DNA of 64,000 nucleotides from Chthoniobacterales bacterium (GCA_019747895.1 JAIEQF010000019.1:71363-135362), one strand, 5' to 3'; positions 9,029 to 17,910 are shown, counted from the stretch's first letter. Notes: generated by a model from the sequence alone, not told the origin. Numbers and translations: made by a program.

Positions 9029-10251
9029 TGTCATTTCAAGATTTTCAGTTAAGTGAAGCAGTCGTTCATGGCGCCCAAAGAATTGGGTATGTTGAGCCGT
9101 CTCCTATTCAGCTCCAAGCCATCCCAAGAATTCTTCAGCAAAAAGATCTGATTGCCTCAGCTCAAACAGGAACTGGAAAAACGGCAGCTTTCGGTTTGCC
9201 TATCTTGAGTATGTTGGGGGCTTCTACCGGAGTGACGCGCTGCGTTATTTTAGAACCAACGCGGGAATTGGCGATTCAAGTAGAACAGGCTTTTCAAGAT
9301 TTTGCGGCGTTTACGGACTTGCGTGTTGCGGTGCTCTTTGGCGGAGTCGGTTATGGGGTTCAAAAAAAAGCACTGCAAGATGGAGCTGATATCATTGTAG
9401 CCACACCAGGACGATTTCTGGATTTATTACAACAAGGGGAACTTAGCTTGAAGGGAGTGAGTATTCTTGTCCTCGATGAAGTCGATCGTATGTTGGATAT
9501 GGGCTTTCTTCCGGATGTGCGTCGTATTGTTCAAGCATGTCCCACAAAGAGACAAACATTATTATTTTCAGCGACGATTCCACAGGAAATTGAGCGGCTG
9601 TCTCAATGGTGCCTCTCCAATCCGGAAAAGATCGATATTGGAGAAAGGCGTTCTCCTGCAGAATCCGTGACACATGCTTTTTATCCTGTAGCTGCGGCAC
9701 AAAAATTTGATCTACTGATTGCCCTTTTAGAGAAAACTGATTTTCAAAGCGTTTTGATTTTTTGTCGTACTAAAGATGGAGCCGACCGTATTGCCCGTCA
9801 ATTATTGCAGCAACAGCATACGGTTGCTGTTCTCCATTCTAATCGGAGCCAGCAAGAGAGGATCGAGGCACTGGATGGTTTTAAAAATGGACGTTACGAG
9901 GTCATGGTAGCAACTGATATTGCTGCACGAGGGATTGATATTGCTGGAGTGAGTCATGTGATTAATTATGATGTCCCTCAACACCCCGAAGATTATGTGC
10001 ATCGTATTGGACGTACAGGGCGAGCTCAGTCAATAGGAGATGCTTTCACGTTGATGACCGCTGAAGAGTTGCCTCATGTACAAGCCATCGAGCTTTTTAT
10101 TAGCAGTAAAGTGCCGCGCTTGAAGATTGAAGGATTCCCTTATCTTTTTACAATGCTTTTCCAGGAGGAAAAAGCAGCTAAAATGTTGCGCAATGTGAGA
10201 GGGGTCCGAACCTCCAAAGGTTATAGTTATGGGGCACGTTCTAGAAAATAG
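9028..10251 (+). CDS. DEAD-box ATP-dependent RNA helicase (RhlE-like)
   Basis: Q motif, AQTGTGKT, PTRELA, DEVD (DEAD variant), SAT and HRIGRTGR motifs are present. The ATG overlaps the PPTase stop (TAATG). Confidence 0.92.
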   Translation: MSFQDFQLSEAVVHGAQRIGYVEPSPIQLQAIPRILQQKDLIASAQTGTGKTAAFGLPILSMLGASTGVTRCVILEPTRELAIQVEQAFQDFAAFTDLRVAVLFGGVGYGVQKKALQDGADIIVATPGRFLDLLQQGELSLKGVSILVLDEVDRMLDMGFLPDVRRIVQACPTKRQTLLFSATIPQEIERLSQWCLSNPEKIDIGERRSPAESVTHAFYPVAAAQKFDLLIALLEKTDFQSVLIFCRTKDGADRIARQLLQQQHTVAVLHSNRSQQERIEALDGFKNGRYEVMVATDIAARGIDIAGVSHVINYDVPQHPEDYVHRIGRTGRAQSIGDAFTLMTAEELPHVQAIELFISSKVPRLKIEGFPYLFTMLFQEEKAAKMLRNVRGVRTSKGYSYGARSRK

Positions 10252-10309
10252 CGTGTTTTTGAAAACAACTGTTTATTTTTATTTGATATCTGGATCAATT
10301 ACAGAAAAA

Positions 10310-10463
10310 GTAATGTGTAATGAGTGGCTGCTGCAAGTTACCAAGTGCTATTTTAAAAGTTTATTTTTGAAAAATAAAATCTAGTGAGATAAGACACTCG
10401 AAAAACTGATTGCCTTTCGATTTTAAAAATACTCACTACCCATTACTCATCATTCATTACTAC
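10310..10463. repeat. Word-arm hairpin, TAATGAGTA class
   Basis: gtaatgtgtaatgagtgg (10310-10327) against actcactacccattactcatcattcattac (10431-10460). The core is 14 of 16 complementary. Confidence 0.75.
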
Positions 10464-10536
10464 TTCTATTAATCTAGTTGTTATCAAGCAGTGAAAGCCA
10501 GTATCTCAAAAATCACGATTTCCAAACGGTAATAAT

Positions 10537-11703
10537 ATGGAACCGCTCTATTTTAATCCTTTAGATTTTCATAATAATTTTATTGGCACTAATCCGCTAG
10601 AGCCAAATGGACCAACGGGAATTCCTATCAGGACAACGCTCGTTACTATTTCTGGTAATCTTTCTTGCTACGATCCTAGCCTTTATCAATCGTATACTTT
10701 TTTCAGCTATCCTTTCGCTCCTTATAGCTATAACGGCCCTACCACCTATTTTAAATCCACTTTAATAGGATCGAATGTGCATGTTAACGTTTTAAACAAT
10801 CAAGGGGCTGGTCAAACTCATGTTTTTAACGTTGATGGTATTGACGTTTACGAAAACTACTCAACACAGATATTTTTTTCCAGTCAGTTTTCAACTTTTT
10901 TTAGCACTTATGCAGCCTCTTATCAAATAGACCCAGTAACATTTAGTGTGAGATTTGGAACAGAGCTGCGCATTTTGTATGGCAGCACCTCGATGGCTAC
11001 CAATGTCATTGCTCTTTACGAGAATATTTATACTGAACAGATTTATTGGTATGATATTCAAACTGGTCCTTATGTGGCAGATAAAACGAGTAGTCTATTA
11101 GGATCAGGCTTGTATCAATCTCTTCTTGTTAACACTCTTCCGATTCCACAGCCAGATGGGTTGACCATCTTAGGGAGTTCTACTTTTGTGAGTATGCTCG
11201 GAAGCAACGTCTACTCTGCTTTGTTAGATACAACCAACTCAGTTATCATTTATCAAAACGAACAGATTAGCAGCTATTACAGCCAGTCTCTTTCGTATCA
11301 AATTAATATTATCAATCTCACAGCAGCGCTTAATAGTGTTGCTACTGATTCAGGTAAAGATGGAAATCAAAATATTACAATAACTGTTTTTTCTTGGCAT
11401 TGGGAAACCAGCCCCAATGGCTGGACAGGAAGTCAGGTTACTGCTTTTGACGGGTACACTTATGAAGAAACTGTTAATTCTTATCTTTACTTTACCTATG
11501 GTGGAACAATTATTTATGACACTAAAGATGGTCTTCCGACTACTGAGGTTCAAGCTCTACTTTCAATCCAGAATAATAACCTTGCTAACTCCCAAACTTT
11601 TTTAAACAATGCCGTCACAACTTTGCAGAGCCAAGTTTCTTTAGCGGGACAAATTATTACTTCTCTTGCTTCAGGAATGGAAACTCTAATAAATAATATT
11701 TAA
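10537..11703 (+). CDS. Low-charge N/S/T/Y-rich 388-aa protein with C-terminal amphipathic helix; candidate secreted or filament-type substrate
   Basis: Very few K/R/D/E, no signal peptide and no TM helix. The C-terminus NNLANSQTFLNNAVTTLQSQVSLAGQIITSLASGMETLINNI is helical with heptad character. The gene is visibly more AT-rich than its neighbours: spot counts give about 32-37% GC against about 45% in lepA. Confidence 0.7.
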   Translation: MEPLYFNPLDFHNNFIGTNPLEPNGPTGIPIRTTLVTISGNLSCYDPSLYQSYTFFSYPFAPYSYNGPTTYFKSTLIGSNVHVNVLNNQGAGQTHVFNVDGIDVYENYSTQIFFSSQFSTFFSTYAASYQIDPVTFSVRFGTELRILYGSTSMATNVIALYENIYTEQIYWYDIQTGPYVADKTSSLLGSGLYQSLLVNTLPIPQPDGLTILGSSTFVSMLGSNVYSALLDTTNSVIIYQNEQISSYYSQSLSYQINIINLTAALNSVATDSGKDGNQNITITVFSWHWETSPNGWTGSQVTAFDGYTYEETVNSYLYFTYGGTIIYDTKDGLPTTEVQALLSIQNNNLANSQTFLNNAVTTLQSQVSLAGQIITSLASGMETLINNI

Positions 11704-11734
11704 AGTTAGCTGGCGATAAAAACCGTATAAAACC

Positions 11735-12235
11735 ATGACTGAAAATAAAACTCAGGGTAGGACGTCTATTAAAGATAGTGCAAAGAAAATGAGTGAGACT
11801 TTTACACCACTGTTGACGAAAGGGGTGCCATTATATATTACACGTGGATTGACTAAAGAAGACCTCGATGCGTTATATCTCATTGCTTACAATTTGTATT
11901 CTGAAAAAAAATATCAAGAGGCAGTGCAAATTTTTGAGACAATAACTTTTTATAATCATTTTGATAGACGAGGTTGGATTGGAACGGCTGCCTGTTATCA
12001 AATGTTAGGTCGCTATAGCGATGCAATTATGTCTTATTCTTCTGCATCATTGATTGATGTCCAAGATCCTTTGCCCATATTTCATTCCGTAGAATGTTAT
12101 ATTGCTCTGAAAAGATATTCTGAAGCACTTTCAGCACTAGAGGCCATACTGACTCTTACTAAAAACAACTCTGAGTTTGCTAATTTAACAAATTGGGCAA
12201 TGAAGATGAAGGAGACTCTTCAGAAGGCTAAATAG
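11735..12235 (+). CDS. Type III secretion class II (TPR) chaperone, SycD/LcrH/CesD family
   Basis: The 166 aa align by eye with Yersinia LcrH over about 120 residues: LY..A.N.Y...KY..A...F......H.D.R...G..AC.Q..G.Y..AI.SYS......D...P...FH..EC. Confidence 0.85.
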   Translation: MTENKTQGRTSIKDSAKKMSETFTPLLTKGVPLYITRGLTKEDLDALYLIAYNLYSEKKYQEAVQIFETITFYNHFDRRGWIGTAACYQMLGRYSDAIMSYSSASLIDVQDPLPIFHSVECYIALKRYSEALSALEAILTLTKNNSEFANLTNWAMKMKETLQKAK

Positions 12236-12304
12236 AGTTTGTCTGGCGGCCTCTACTCTTCAGTTGCTGTCTTGAATATTAGGTAGAGCGCTTCTGTAGA
12301 GACC

Positions 12305-12470
12305 AAGGTTACAGGTTACAGCTTTTCAGGCTACAGGTAATATTACTTGAAGAATTATGATTCAACTTTTTGAATCACTCTTTCGTGATTGTTGCTAAAT
12401 TATAAATAGCCCATTTTAAAGAACAGCTGCTTTTTACCTGTTAGCCTGAAAACTGTAACCTGCACCCTGA
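12305..12470. repeat. Word-arm hairpin, ACAGGTT class; the right arm abuts the lepB stop codon
   Basis: aaggttacaggttacagcttttcaggctacaggtaa against ttacctgttagcctgaaaactgtaacctgcaccctga. About 28 of 30 complementary with two 1-nt indels. Confidence 0.9.
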
Positions 12471-13622
12471 TCAGTGAATCAATCCCCAGCGCTTGGAGAA
12501 AGGCCAGTAGACAAAGAGAGCTCGGCCAATCACGTTTTGCTCAGGAACAACGCCCCAATAGCGGCTGTCGCTAGAGTTGAAACTATTATCACCGAGGGCA
12601 AAAAAGCTTCGTGGCGGAACGGTGAATTGATCAAGCGGTGAACTAAGGTAAGAGGGGGAAGGTCCATAGTCGCACCTATTGGAGTAACCACGGTATCCTT
12701 CGCAAGCAGCCATCACTCTTTGAAAAGGAGGTTGTGTTGCTCTTTCTTCGTTGATAAAAAGTTGAGGTGGGTCGATGCGAAGTGTTTGTCCCGGTAAGCC
12801 CGCTAGCCGTTTGACATAATATTGAGAGCTTGCTCCTGCAGGGAGTGTCATTTCAATACGCTGGATACCCGTGGTAATAAAAACAAAAACATCTGCAGCC
12901 CGAGGTTTGCGAAAAGCATAGGTAAAGCGATCACAAAAAATTTGATCTCCTGCTTGAATATAACCGCGAACAATCGGCTCTCCAGCAGCATAAATTCTGC
13001 CTGGACGGACTTCAAAGTCGCGCATTAAAACATCTTGAGGTGCAAAAATAGTATGCGTTCCTTGAGAGGTGGTGATCGTTGTGAAAGTAAAAAAATTCAA
13101 GTAGGTCTTTTCCTTGAGATCGAGAACTTCTTCTTCCTGATTAGCTGTAGTACTCAGGTAACTTCGGCCTAATCGGACAAAATCAATAACACGCCAGAGT
13201 GGAGAAGGGGGAGTAGTCATTTCTGGCATCCCGGTCATTCCATAAAGTGTTGGCAGCATCGAGCATGTTGGAATTTTAAAAGGCTTCAAAAAGTAGGCTT
13301 GAATCCCTAATGCCAGCACAATGGCAATGATGATAGCTTCTACGTTTTCAGCAAGGGTGCGATGAGGACGCTCGGGAATGAGTTGTCCAAAAAGTTTTTC
13401 TACCTTTTCCTGTGCAGCAGTGACGAGAGTGATTTCCTTTTGTTTAAGAGCCTGGTCTAACTGCTGGAGCGCTGCCCTTGCTGCTTTTTGTTGCTCTGCT
13501 TTCCAAAGATCACAATGATAATGGAAAAGTTTGCGAGCGGCTATGCGTAGCTCTTGGGCATGTTTAAGGTAACGAGGTGTGAAAAACATAAAAATTATTA
13601 AGATACAAAATAGGGGAAACAA
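12471..13622 (-). CDS. lepB: Signal peptidase I
   Basis: CSMLPTL (catalytic Ser box), YVKRLAGLPGQ (Lys box) and GDNSFNSSDSRYWG. The track start at 13622 is TTG; an ATG at 13589 is an alternative start. Confidence 0.9.
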   Translation of the reverse strand: MFPLFCILIIFMFFTPRYLKHAQELRIAARKLFHYHCDLWKAEQQKAARAALQQLDQALKQKEITLVTAAQEKVEKLFGQLIPERPHRTLAENVEAIIIAIVLALGIQAYFLKPFKIPTCSMLPTLYGMTGMPEMTTPPSPLWRVIDFVRLGRSYLSTTANQEEEVLDLKEKTYLNFFTFTTITTSQGTHTIFAPQDVLMRDFEVRPGRIYAAGEPIVRGYIQAGDQIFCDRFTYAFRKPRAADVFVFITTGIQRIEMTLPAGASSQYYVKRLAGLPGQTLRIDPPQLFINEERATQPPFQRVMAACEGYRGYSNRCDYGPSPSYLSSPLDQFTVPPRSFFALGDNSFNSSDSRYWGVVPEQNVIGRALFVYWPFSKRWGLIH

Positions 13623-13660
13623 CCTGCTGAGTAGATAAAAAAATTTTATAGAGGCATTTT

Positions 13661-13694
13661 TTTTGTGTTCTTTGTACTCTTTGTGGCTATTTTC
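13661..13694. repeat. Single pyrimidine-rich CACAAAGAA-class arm between divergent lepB and lepA
   Basis: ttttgtgttctttgtactctttgtggctattttc ends 8 nt before the lepA ATG. No complementary arm nearby. Confidence 0.8.
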
Positions 13695-13702
13695 TTATTC
13701 CC

Positions 13703-15496
13703 ATGTCTGTTTCCCATACCCGAAATTTTTGTATCATCGCCCACATCGATCATGGCAAGACCACGCTTTCCGATCGACTCTTAGAATTTACTGGCACCAT
13801 TGCACAGCGTGAAAAACAAGATCAGCTGCTTGATTCTATGGACCTCGAGCGAGAGCGCGGCATTACGATCAAATCGCATCCGGTCGCGATGGAGTATAAA
13901 GCTCGCAATGGAGAAAAGTATCAACTCAACCTCATGGATACGCCAGGGCATGTCGATTTTGCCTATGAAGTGTCACGCAGCCTTGCTGCTTGTGAAGGAG
14001 CGTTACTTATTATTGATGCTGCTCAAGGGGTCGAAGCGCAGACAGTAGCCAATATTCATTTGGCCTTGGCACAAGGGTTGACGATCATTCCCGTGATCAA
14101 TAAAATCGATTTGCCCAACGCTGATCTCGACAACGTCAAAAAACAATTGGAAGAAATTCTTGCCATTCCATCTGAAGAGGCGATTGCAGCGAGCGCCAAG
14201 GCTGGTATTGGCATTGAAGAAATTCTCGAAGCTGTTGTGAACCGCATTCCGCCTCCACCTGCGGGCGATGGGATTTTGCGAGCATTAGTCTTTGATTCAT
14301 TGTTTGATATTTATCGCGGCGTTGTTGGATACATTCGTATTTTTTCAGGAACTCTTAAACCGGGTCAGCAAGTCCGTCTCATGTCGACGAATCAATCGTA
14401 CGATACAAAAGAAGTAGGCATCTTTACGCCGAAGATGACGATGACTCAAACGATGCAGGCGGGGGATGTCGGTTATTTTATTGGCAATATTAAAACTACG
14501 GCTGAAATGAAAATTGGAGACACGCTGACCGATGCGCGCCATCCAGCAGCAGAGCCGCTTGCAGGTTTCTTAGAAGTTCGTCCGATGGTTTATAGCGGTA
14601 TCTATCCCATCAACACAGCTGATCTGGAACCCCTCAAAATGGCGATGCAAAAATTGCAACTGAATGATTCTGCTTTCGTCTTTCAGTCAGAAAGCTCGGT
14701 TGCACTTGGTTTTGGTTTTCGCTGTGGCTTTCTGGGCCTTCTTCACATGGAAATTATCCAAGAGCGCCTGCGTCGTGAATATAACATGGACATTATTGCC
14801 ACGTACCCGAGTGTTGTCTATGAAGTTGAAAAGACGAATGGTGAACTTGTGCTTGTAGACAATCCAGCAAATCTTCCTGACATGAGTGTGATCAATGAAA
14901 TTCGCGAGCCTGTCGTTAAATGTCGCGTGATGATTCCGAATGAAAACATTGGTGACATCATGCAGATCATGATGGAAAAACGAGGGACGGTTGAGAGTAC
15001 CGATTCGATCGACACGCGACGCGTCATGATCACGGCCACGTTGCCACTCAATGAAATCCTTGTCGACTTTCATGACAAGATAAAATCAGTGACCCGCGGT
15101 TATGGCTCGATGGATTATGAACCAGCAGGCTATCGTGCTGAAAAATTGGTGAAATTAGAAATGCTCGTCAATGGTGATCCTGTTGATGCCTTTTCCAGTA
15201 TTGTCCATCGCGACAAAGCAGAAGGCCGTGGGCGAGCCCTTGCTACGAAGCTCAAAGAAGTCATCCCTGTCCAACTTTATCAAGTGGCCATCCAGGCTAC
15301 CATCGGTGGAAAAATTGTCGCGCGTGAAAGCGTGAGTGCGATGCGCAAAAATGTTACGGCAAAATGTTACGGCGGTGATATTTCACGGAAACGAAAACTT
15401 CTTGAGAAGCAGAAAGAGGGAAAGAAGCGGATGAAATCGATCGGAACGGTGAACATCCCGCAAGAGGCGTTTATTCAGGTTTTGAAGACCAGTTGA
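13703..15496 (+). CDS. lepA: Elongation factor 4 (LepA)
   Basis: IIAHIDHGKTTLSDR, DTPGHVDF and NKID G-domain motifs plus the characteristic LepA C-terminus. Confidence 0.96.
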   Translation: MSVSHTRNFCIIAHIDHGKTTLSDRLLEFTGTIAQREKQDQLLDSMDLERERGITIKSHPVAMEYKARNGEKYQLNLMDTPGHVDFAYEVSRSLAACEGALLIIDAAQGVEAQTVANIHLALAQGLTIIPVINKIDLPNADLDNVKKQLEEILAIPSEEAIAASAKAGIGIEEILEAVVNRIPPPPAGDGILRALVFDSLFDIYRGVVGYIRIFSGTLKPGQQVRLMSTNQSYDTKEVGIFTPKMTMTQTMQAGDVGYFIGNIKTTAEMKIGDTLTDARHPAAEPLAGFLEVRPMVYSGIYPINTADLEPLKMAMQKLQLNDSAFVFQSESSVALGFGFRCGFLGLLHMEIIQERLRREYNMDIIATYPSVVYEVEKTNGELVLVDNPANLPDMSVINEIREPVVKCRVMIPNENIGDIMQIMMEKRGTVESTDSIDTRRVMITATLPLNEILVDFHDKIKSVTRGYGSMDYEPAGYRAEKLVKLEMLVNGDPVDAFSSIVHRDKAEGRGRALATKLKEVIPVQLYQVAIQATIGGKIVARESVSAMRKNVTAKCYGGDISRKRKLLEKQKEGKKRMKSIGTVNIPQEAFIQVLKTS

Positions 15497-15506
15497 GCTA
15501 AAAATA

Positions 15507-15651
15507 AATTAACCATAAAGAAAACAAAGTAGGAAAAAAGAAGAAAAGAAGGAACCGCGAAATACGCTAAACATCGCTAAAAAAAGAATTTCTCTTTTTG
15601 TGTTATTTCGAGTGTTTCGCGGTTTAAATTCTTTGCATTTTCTTTATGGTT
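15507..15651. repeat. Nested word-arm hairpin (outer CCATAAAGAAAA words, inner CCGCGAAAT/CGCTAAAC words)
   Basis: Outer arms aattaaccataaagaaaacaaag / ctttgcattttctttatggtt. Inner arms ggaaccgcgaaatacgctaaacatcgc / gtgttatttcgagtgtttcgcggttt. Confidence 0.8.
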
Positions 15652-15703
15652 CGTTTTAAAAATAAAATTTGCATTTTCATTATCTTATCTTAGGTTTTTT
15701 GTT

Positions 15704-16471
15704 ATGAAAATTTCACCTTTATTGTTAATTACCGCTTTGCTTTGCAGTGCTTCTTTCTCAAGAGCGCAGAGTGGAGGAACTCAAGCTTCTGATCCGGCTT
15801 ACGATCAATTTGCGCAGAAGGAACAAACTTTTGCCACCTCTGTTAGCAATCTTCTAGCATTAGAAGATCAAGCACCAACTGACGGGACAACGGCTATTGC
15901 AGTGACTGCTGCTATAGAGGCTAACATTCTCAATCTGCTGGCATCGCGAGAAGATTATTTTCAACTCTTCACTCCTAAAGCCCAATTGTATATTCAAGAT
16001 CAATCTCCTCAAGATGCTCAAGGGGTCGTTCACCATCATTATGTTCCCATAGCAGGAAAAGAAAAAACAGTTCTTGGTTACCTTGTCTGCCTTGATCAAC
16101 AAAAGACAGACGATGCCGTTTCCGGTATTGCTGACAAGGGAGGAGCAAGTTCCTACACTGTTTACAATAATGTAACAGCGACACGGAAGAGTCTTTTGAT
16201 TAATTTAGAATACGATTATCTCTCTCCTGAAGTTGTTGATGCATTGTATGCTGAATATTATGACACAGCAAATCAAGGCGCACGCGCTCAAGCAAACTAT
16301 GTCTGGATTGATGAAAGAACATTTACTGGAGCAGACCTACAACATTCTGACATTCCTCAGATTGTTTTCACATTGGGCCTCTACGTTTCTCTTGATGATA
16401 AAACCAAAGATTCCGGTTATGACTATGGCTACATCTATGACAGAAAAGATGACCAAAAAAATTATCACTAA
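15704..16471 (+). CDS. Secreted protein of unknown function
   Basis: Signal peptide MKISPLLLITALLCSASFSRAQS. Acidic, D/Y-rich C-terminus. Followed by a clean intrinsic terminator. Confidence 0.6.
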   Translation: MKISPLLLITALLCSASFSRAQSGGTQASDPAYDQFAQKEQTFATSVSNLLALEDQAPTDGTTAIAVTAAIEANILNLLASREDYFQLFTPKAQLYIQDQSPQDAQGVVHHHYVPIAGKEKTVLGYLVCLDQQKTDDAVSGIADKGGASSYTVYNNVTATRKSLLINLEYDYLSPEVVDALYAEYYDTANQGARAQANYVWIDERTFTGADLQHSDIPQIVFTLGLYVSLDDKTKDSGYDYGYIYDRKDDQKNYH

Positions 16472-16496
16472 TAACAACTAATTTTTCATTAGAAAG

Positions 16497-16527
16497 AAGC
16501 CGCATCGCAAGGTGCGGCTTTTTTTTG
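16497..16527 (+). terminator. Rho-independent terminator
   Basis: aagccgca-tcgcaagg-tgcggctt followed by a T run. Confidence 0.8.
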
Positions 16528-16584
16528 TGTAATTTCGAGTGGCTCTTTCAAAAGGTGAGTGAAATACTCGCTTCGTATTACTCG

Positions 16585-17649
16585 ATGAAAAATCAAAAAC
16601 GAATTATTGTTGTGCTTGGTGTTTATCGCAGCGGGACAAGTGCGCTCATGAAGAGTCTTGAGGTGATGGGAGTGCGATTGCCAGATCCTTCAGAGGTTCG
16701 GTTTAATATTTTTAATGAAAAAGGATATTGGGAGGATCTAGATTTTTTTTCTTTCAATCTTAAATTGACCCAAGCAGCAGCTGTTTTGGAAGGTCGGCGC
16801 CGAGAAATCATGCCGCTTACCGAAAAGGAGGTGGATTTTTTGTGTGAGCAAGGATTTTTTGAGAAAGCTTCTCAATTGCTACTAGAAAAGCTTTCAGGCT
16901 CGGAGGCTCTTGGTATCAAGACTTCGAGCTTTTCTATTCTGCTTCCTTTTTGGAAAAAAGTTTTTGAAAAATGTAACGTTAAGGCTTCCTTTGTGATTGC
17001 GTTAAGGAATCCGCTCAATGTTGTTGCTTCTATTGAAGCGGCTCAAGAGATTATTGGAAAACAAGATCACCAAAAATCTTTTTGGATCTGGATTTCTTAC
17101 ATGCTGAGTTCTCTGGAACAGACAGAAGGCTATGAACGGGTTTTAGTCGATTACGATGAGCTTCTCAAAGATCCAGCTCGAGAGATTGAAAGGATTGCTC
17201 ATGCCTGCCAGCTAGAAATGATTGATGAGCGCTTGCAGACTTATTGTGATGACTTTATTGATCGCTCGCTCTGTCACTTTCATGGAGAACAGGATCGTTT
17301 TCTTGAAGATGGTTCTTGCCGAGCTTTTGCAGTAGAGATGTACGAAAAGCTTTATCCAGTGGCGAAAGGTGTGAGTGATTTTCAAGAATTAAAAAGCTCT
17401 CTCGAAAAATGGAGAGCCCCATTTTTATTAGCTGAGCCTCTCTTGGTCTTGGTAGAAAAAGCGGAATATGAAGTAAAGAAAATTCAAGCAACACTTCAAG
17501 AGCGCGAACAAATTATTACAAGCCTCCATGCGCAAGTTAATGAACAGATGCATTCGCTTGCAAACTGCTACACGACTGTTCATCAGCGCAACCTTCAAGT
17601 TGCTGCGCTTATGAAAGAAAAAGCTGTAATCAGTCAGAGGTCTGGTTAA
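16585..17649 (+). CDS. Sulfotransferase-family protein with C-terminal coiled coil
   Basis: ORF 16525.. trimmed to the ATG at 16585; the TTG extension overlaps the terminator. IIVVLGVYRSGTSAL resembles the PAPS 5'-phosphosulfate-binding loop. The family call is from that motif only. Confidence 0.6.
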   Translation: MKNQKRIIVVLGVYRSGTSALMKSLEVMGVRLPDPSEVRFNIFNEKGYWEDLDFFSFNLKLTQAAAVLEGRRREIMPLTEKEVDFLCEQGFFEKASQLLLEKLSGSEALGIKTSSFSILLPFWKKVFEKCNVKASFVIALRNPLNVVASIEAAQEIIGKQDHQKSFWIWISYMLSSLEQTEGYERVLVDYDELLKDPAREIERIAHACQLEMIDERLQTYCDDFIDRSLCHFHGEQDRFLEDGSCRAFAVEMYEKLYPVAKGVSDFQELKSSLEKWRAPFLLAEPLLVLVEKAEYEVKKIQATLQEREQIITSLHAQVNEQMHSLANCYTTVHQRNLQVAALMKEKAVISQRSG

Positions 17650-17747
17650 AAGCAAGCTTCGTAAAACTGTTTTCGCATAAAGTTGAAAGGTTGAGCAGCT
17701 GTTGAGCGCCGCTAGCGCGGCTGTTGAGAAGAAACTATCCTTAGCAC

Positions 17748-17825
17748 TCGCTCGCTCCCGCGAGGCTCGCCTCTTCGGGGCTGCCTTCAGCGGTCAATCC
17801 GGCGGCTGCCACGCCGTGCGTATTA
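17748..17825 (+). repeat. GC-rich B-module, copy 2 of 5
   Basis: tcgctcgctcccgcgaggctcgcctcttcggggctgccttcagcggtcaatccggcggctgccacgccgtgcgtatta. It interrupts a 124-nt element that is uninterrupted at 49507-49630. Confidence 0.85.
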
Positions 17826-17835
17826 ACTCATCAAG

Positions 17836-17910
17836 CTCTCAACTCCTCAACAAAACCTTCGATATAAGATTTTATTTTCTTTTGTATCATCTGGTCTTCT
17901 AAACGAATAC
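17836..17910. repeat. 75-nt conserved element, copy 1 (copy 2 at 49557-49630)
   Basis: 7 differences in 75 nt between the copies. Lies immediately 3' of the secretin stop codon. Confidence 0.85.

Noticed and set aside
17702-17902. Track ORFs that translate repeat modules: 17702..17902, 33921..34280, 55640..55849, 40180..40404, 24591..24797 and 23757..24065.
   Set aside because: - Their similarity to each other (for example LARSREAR... and IVKLLRTYKQL...) is explained at DNA level by the B-modules, MITE copies and word arms.
- Frames are not preserved between copies.
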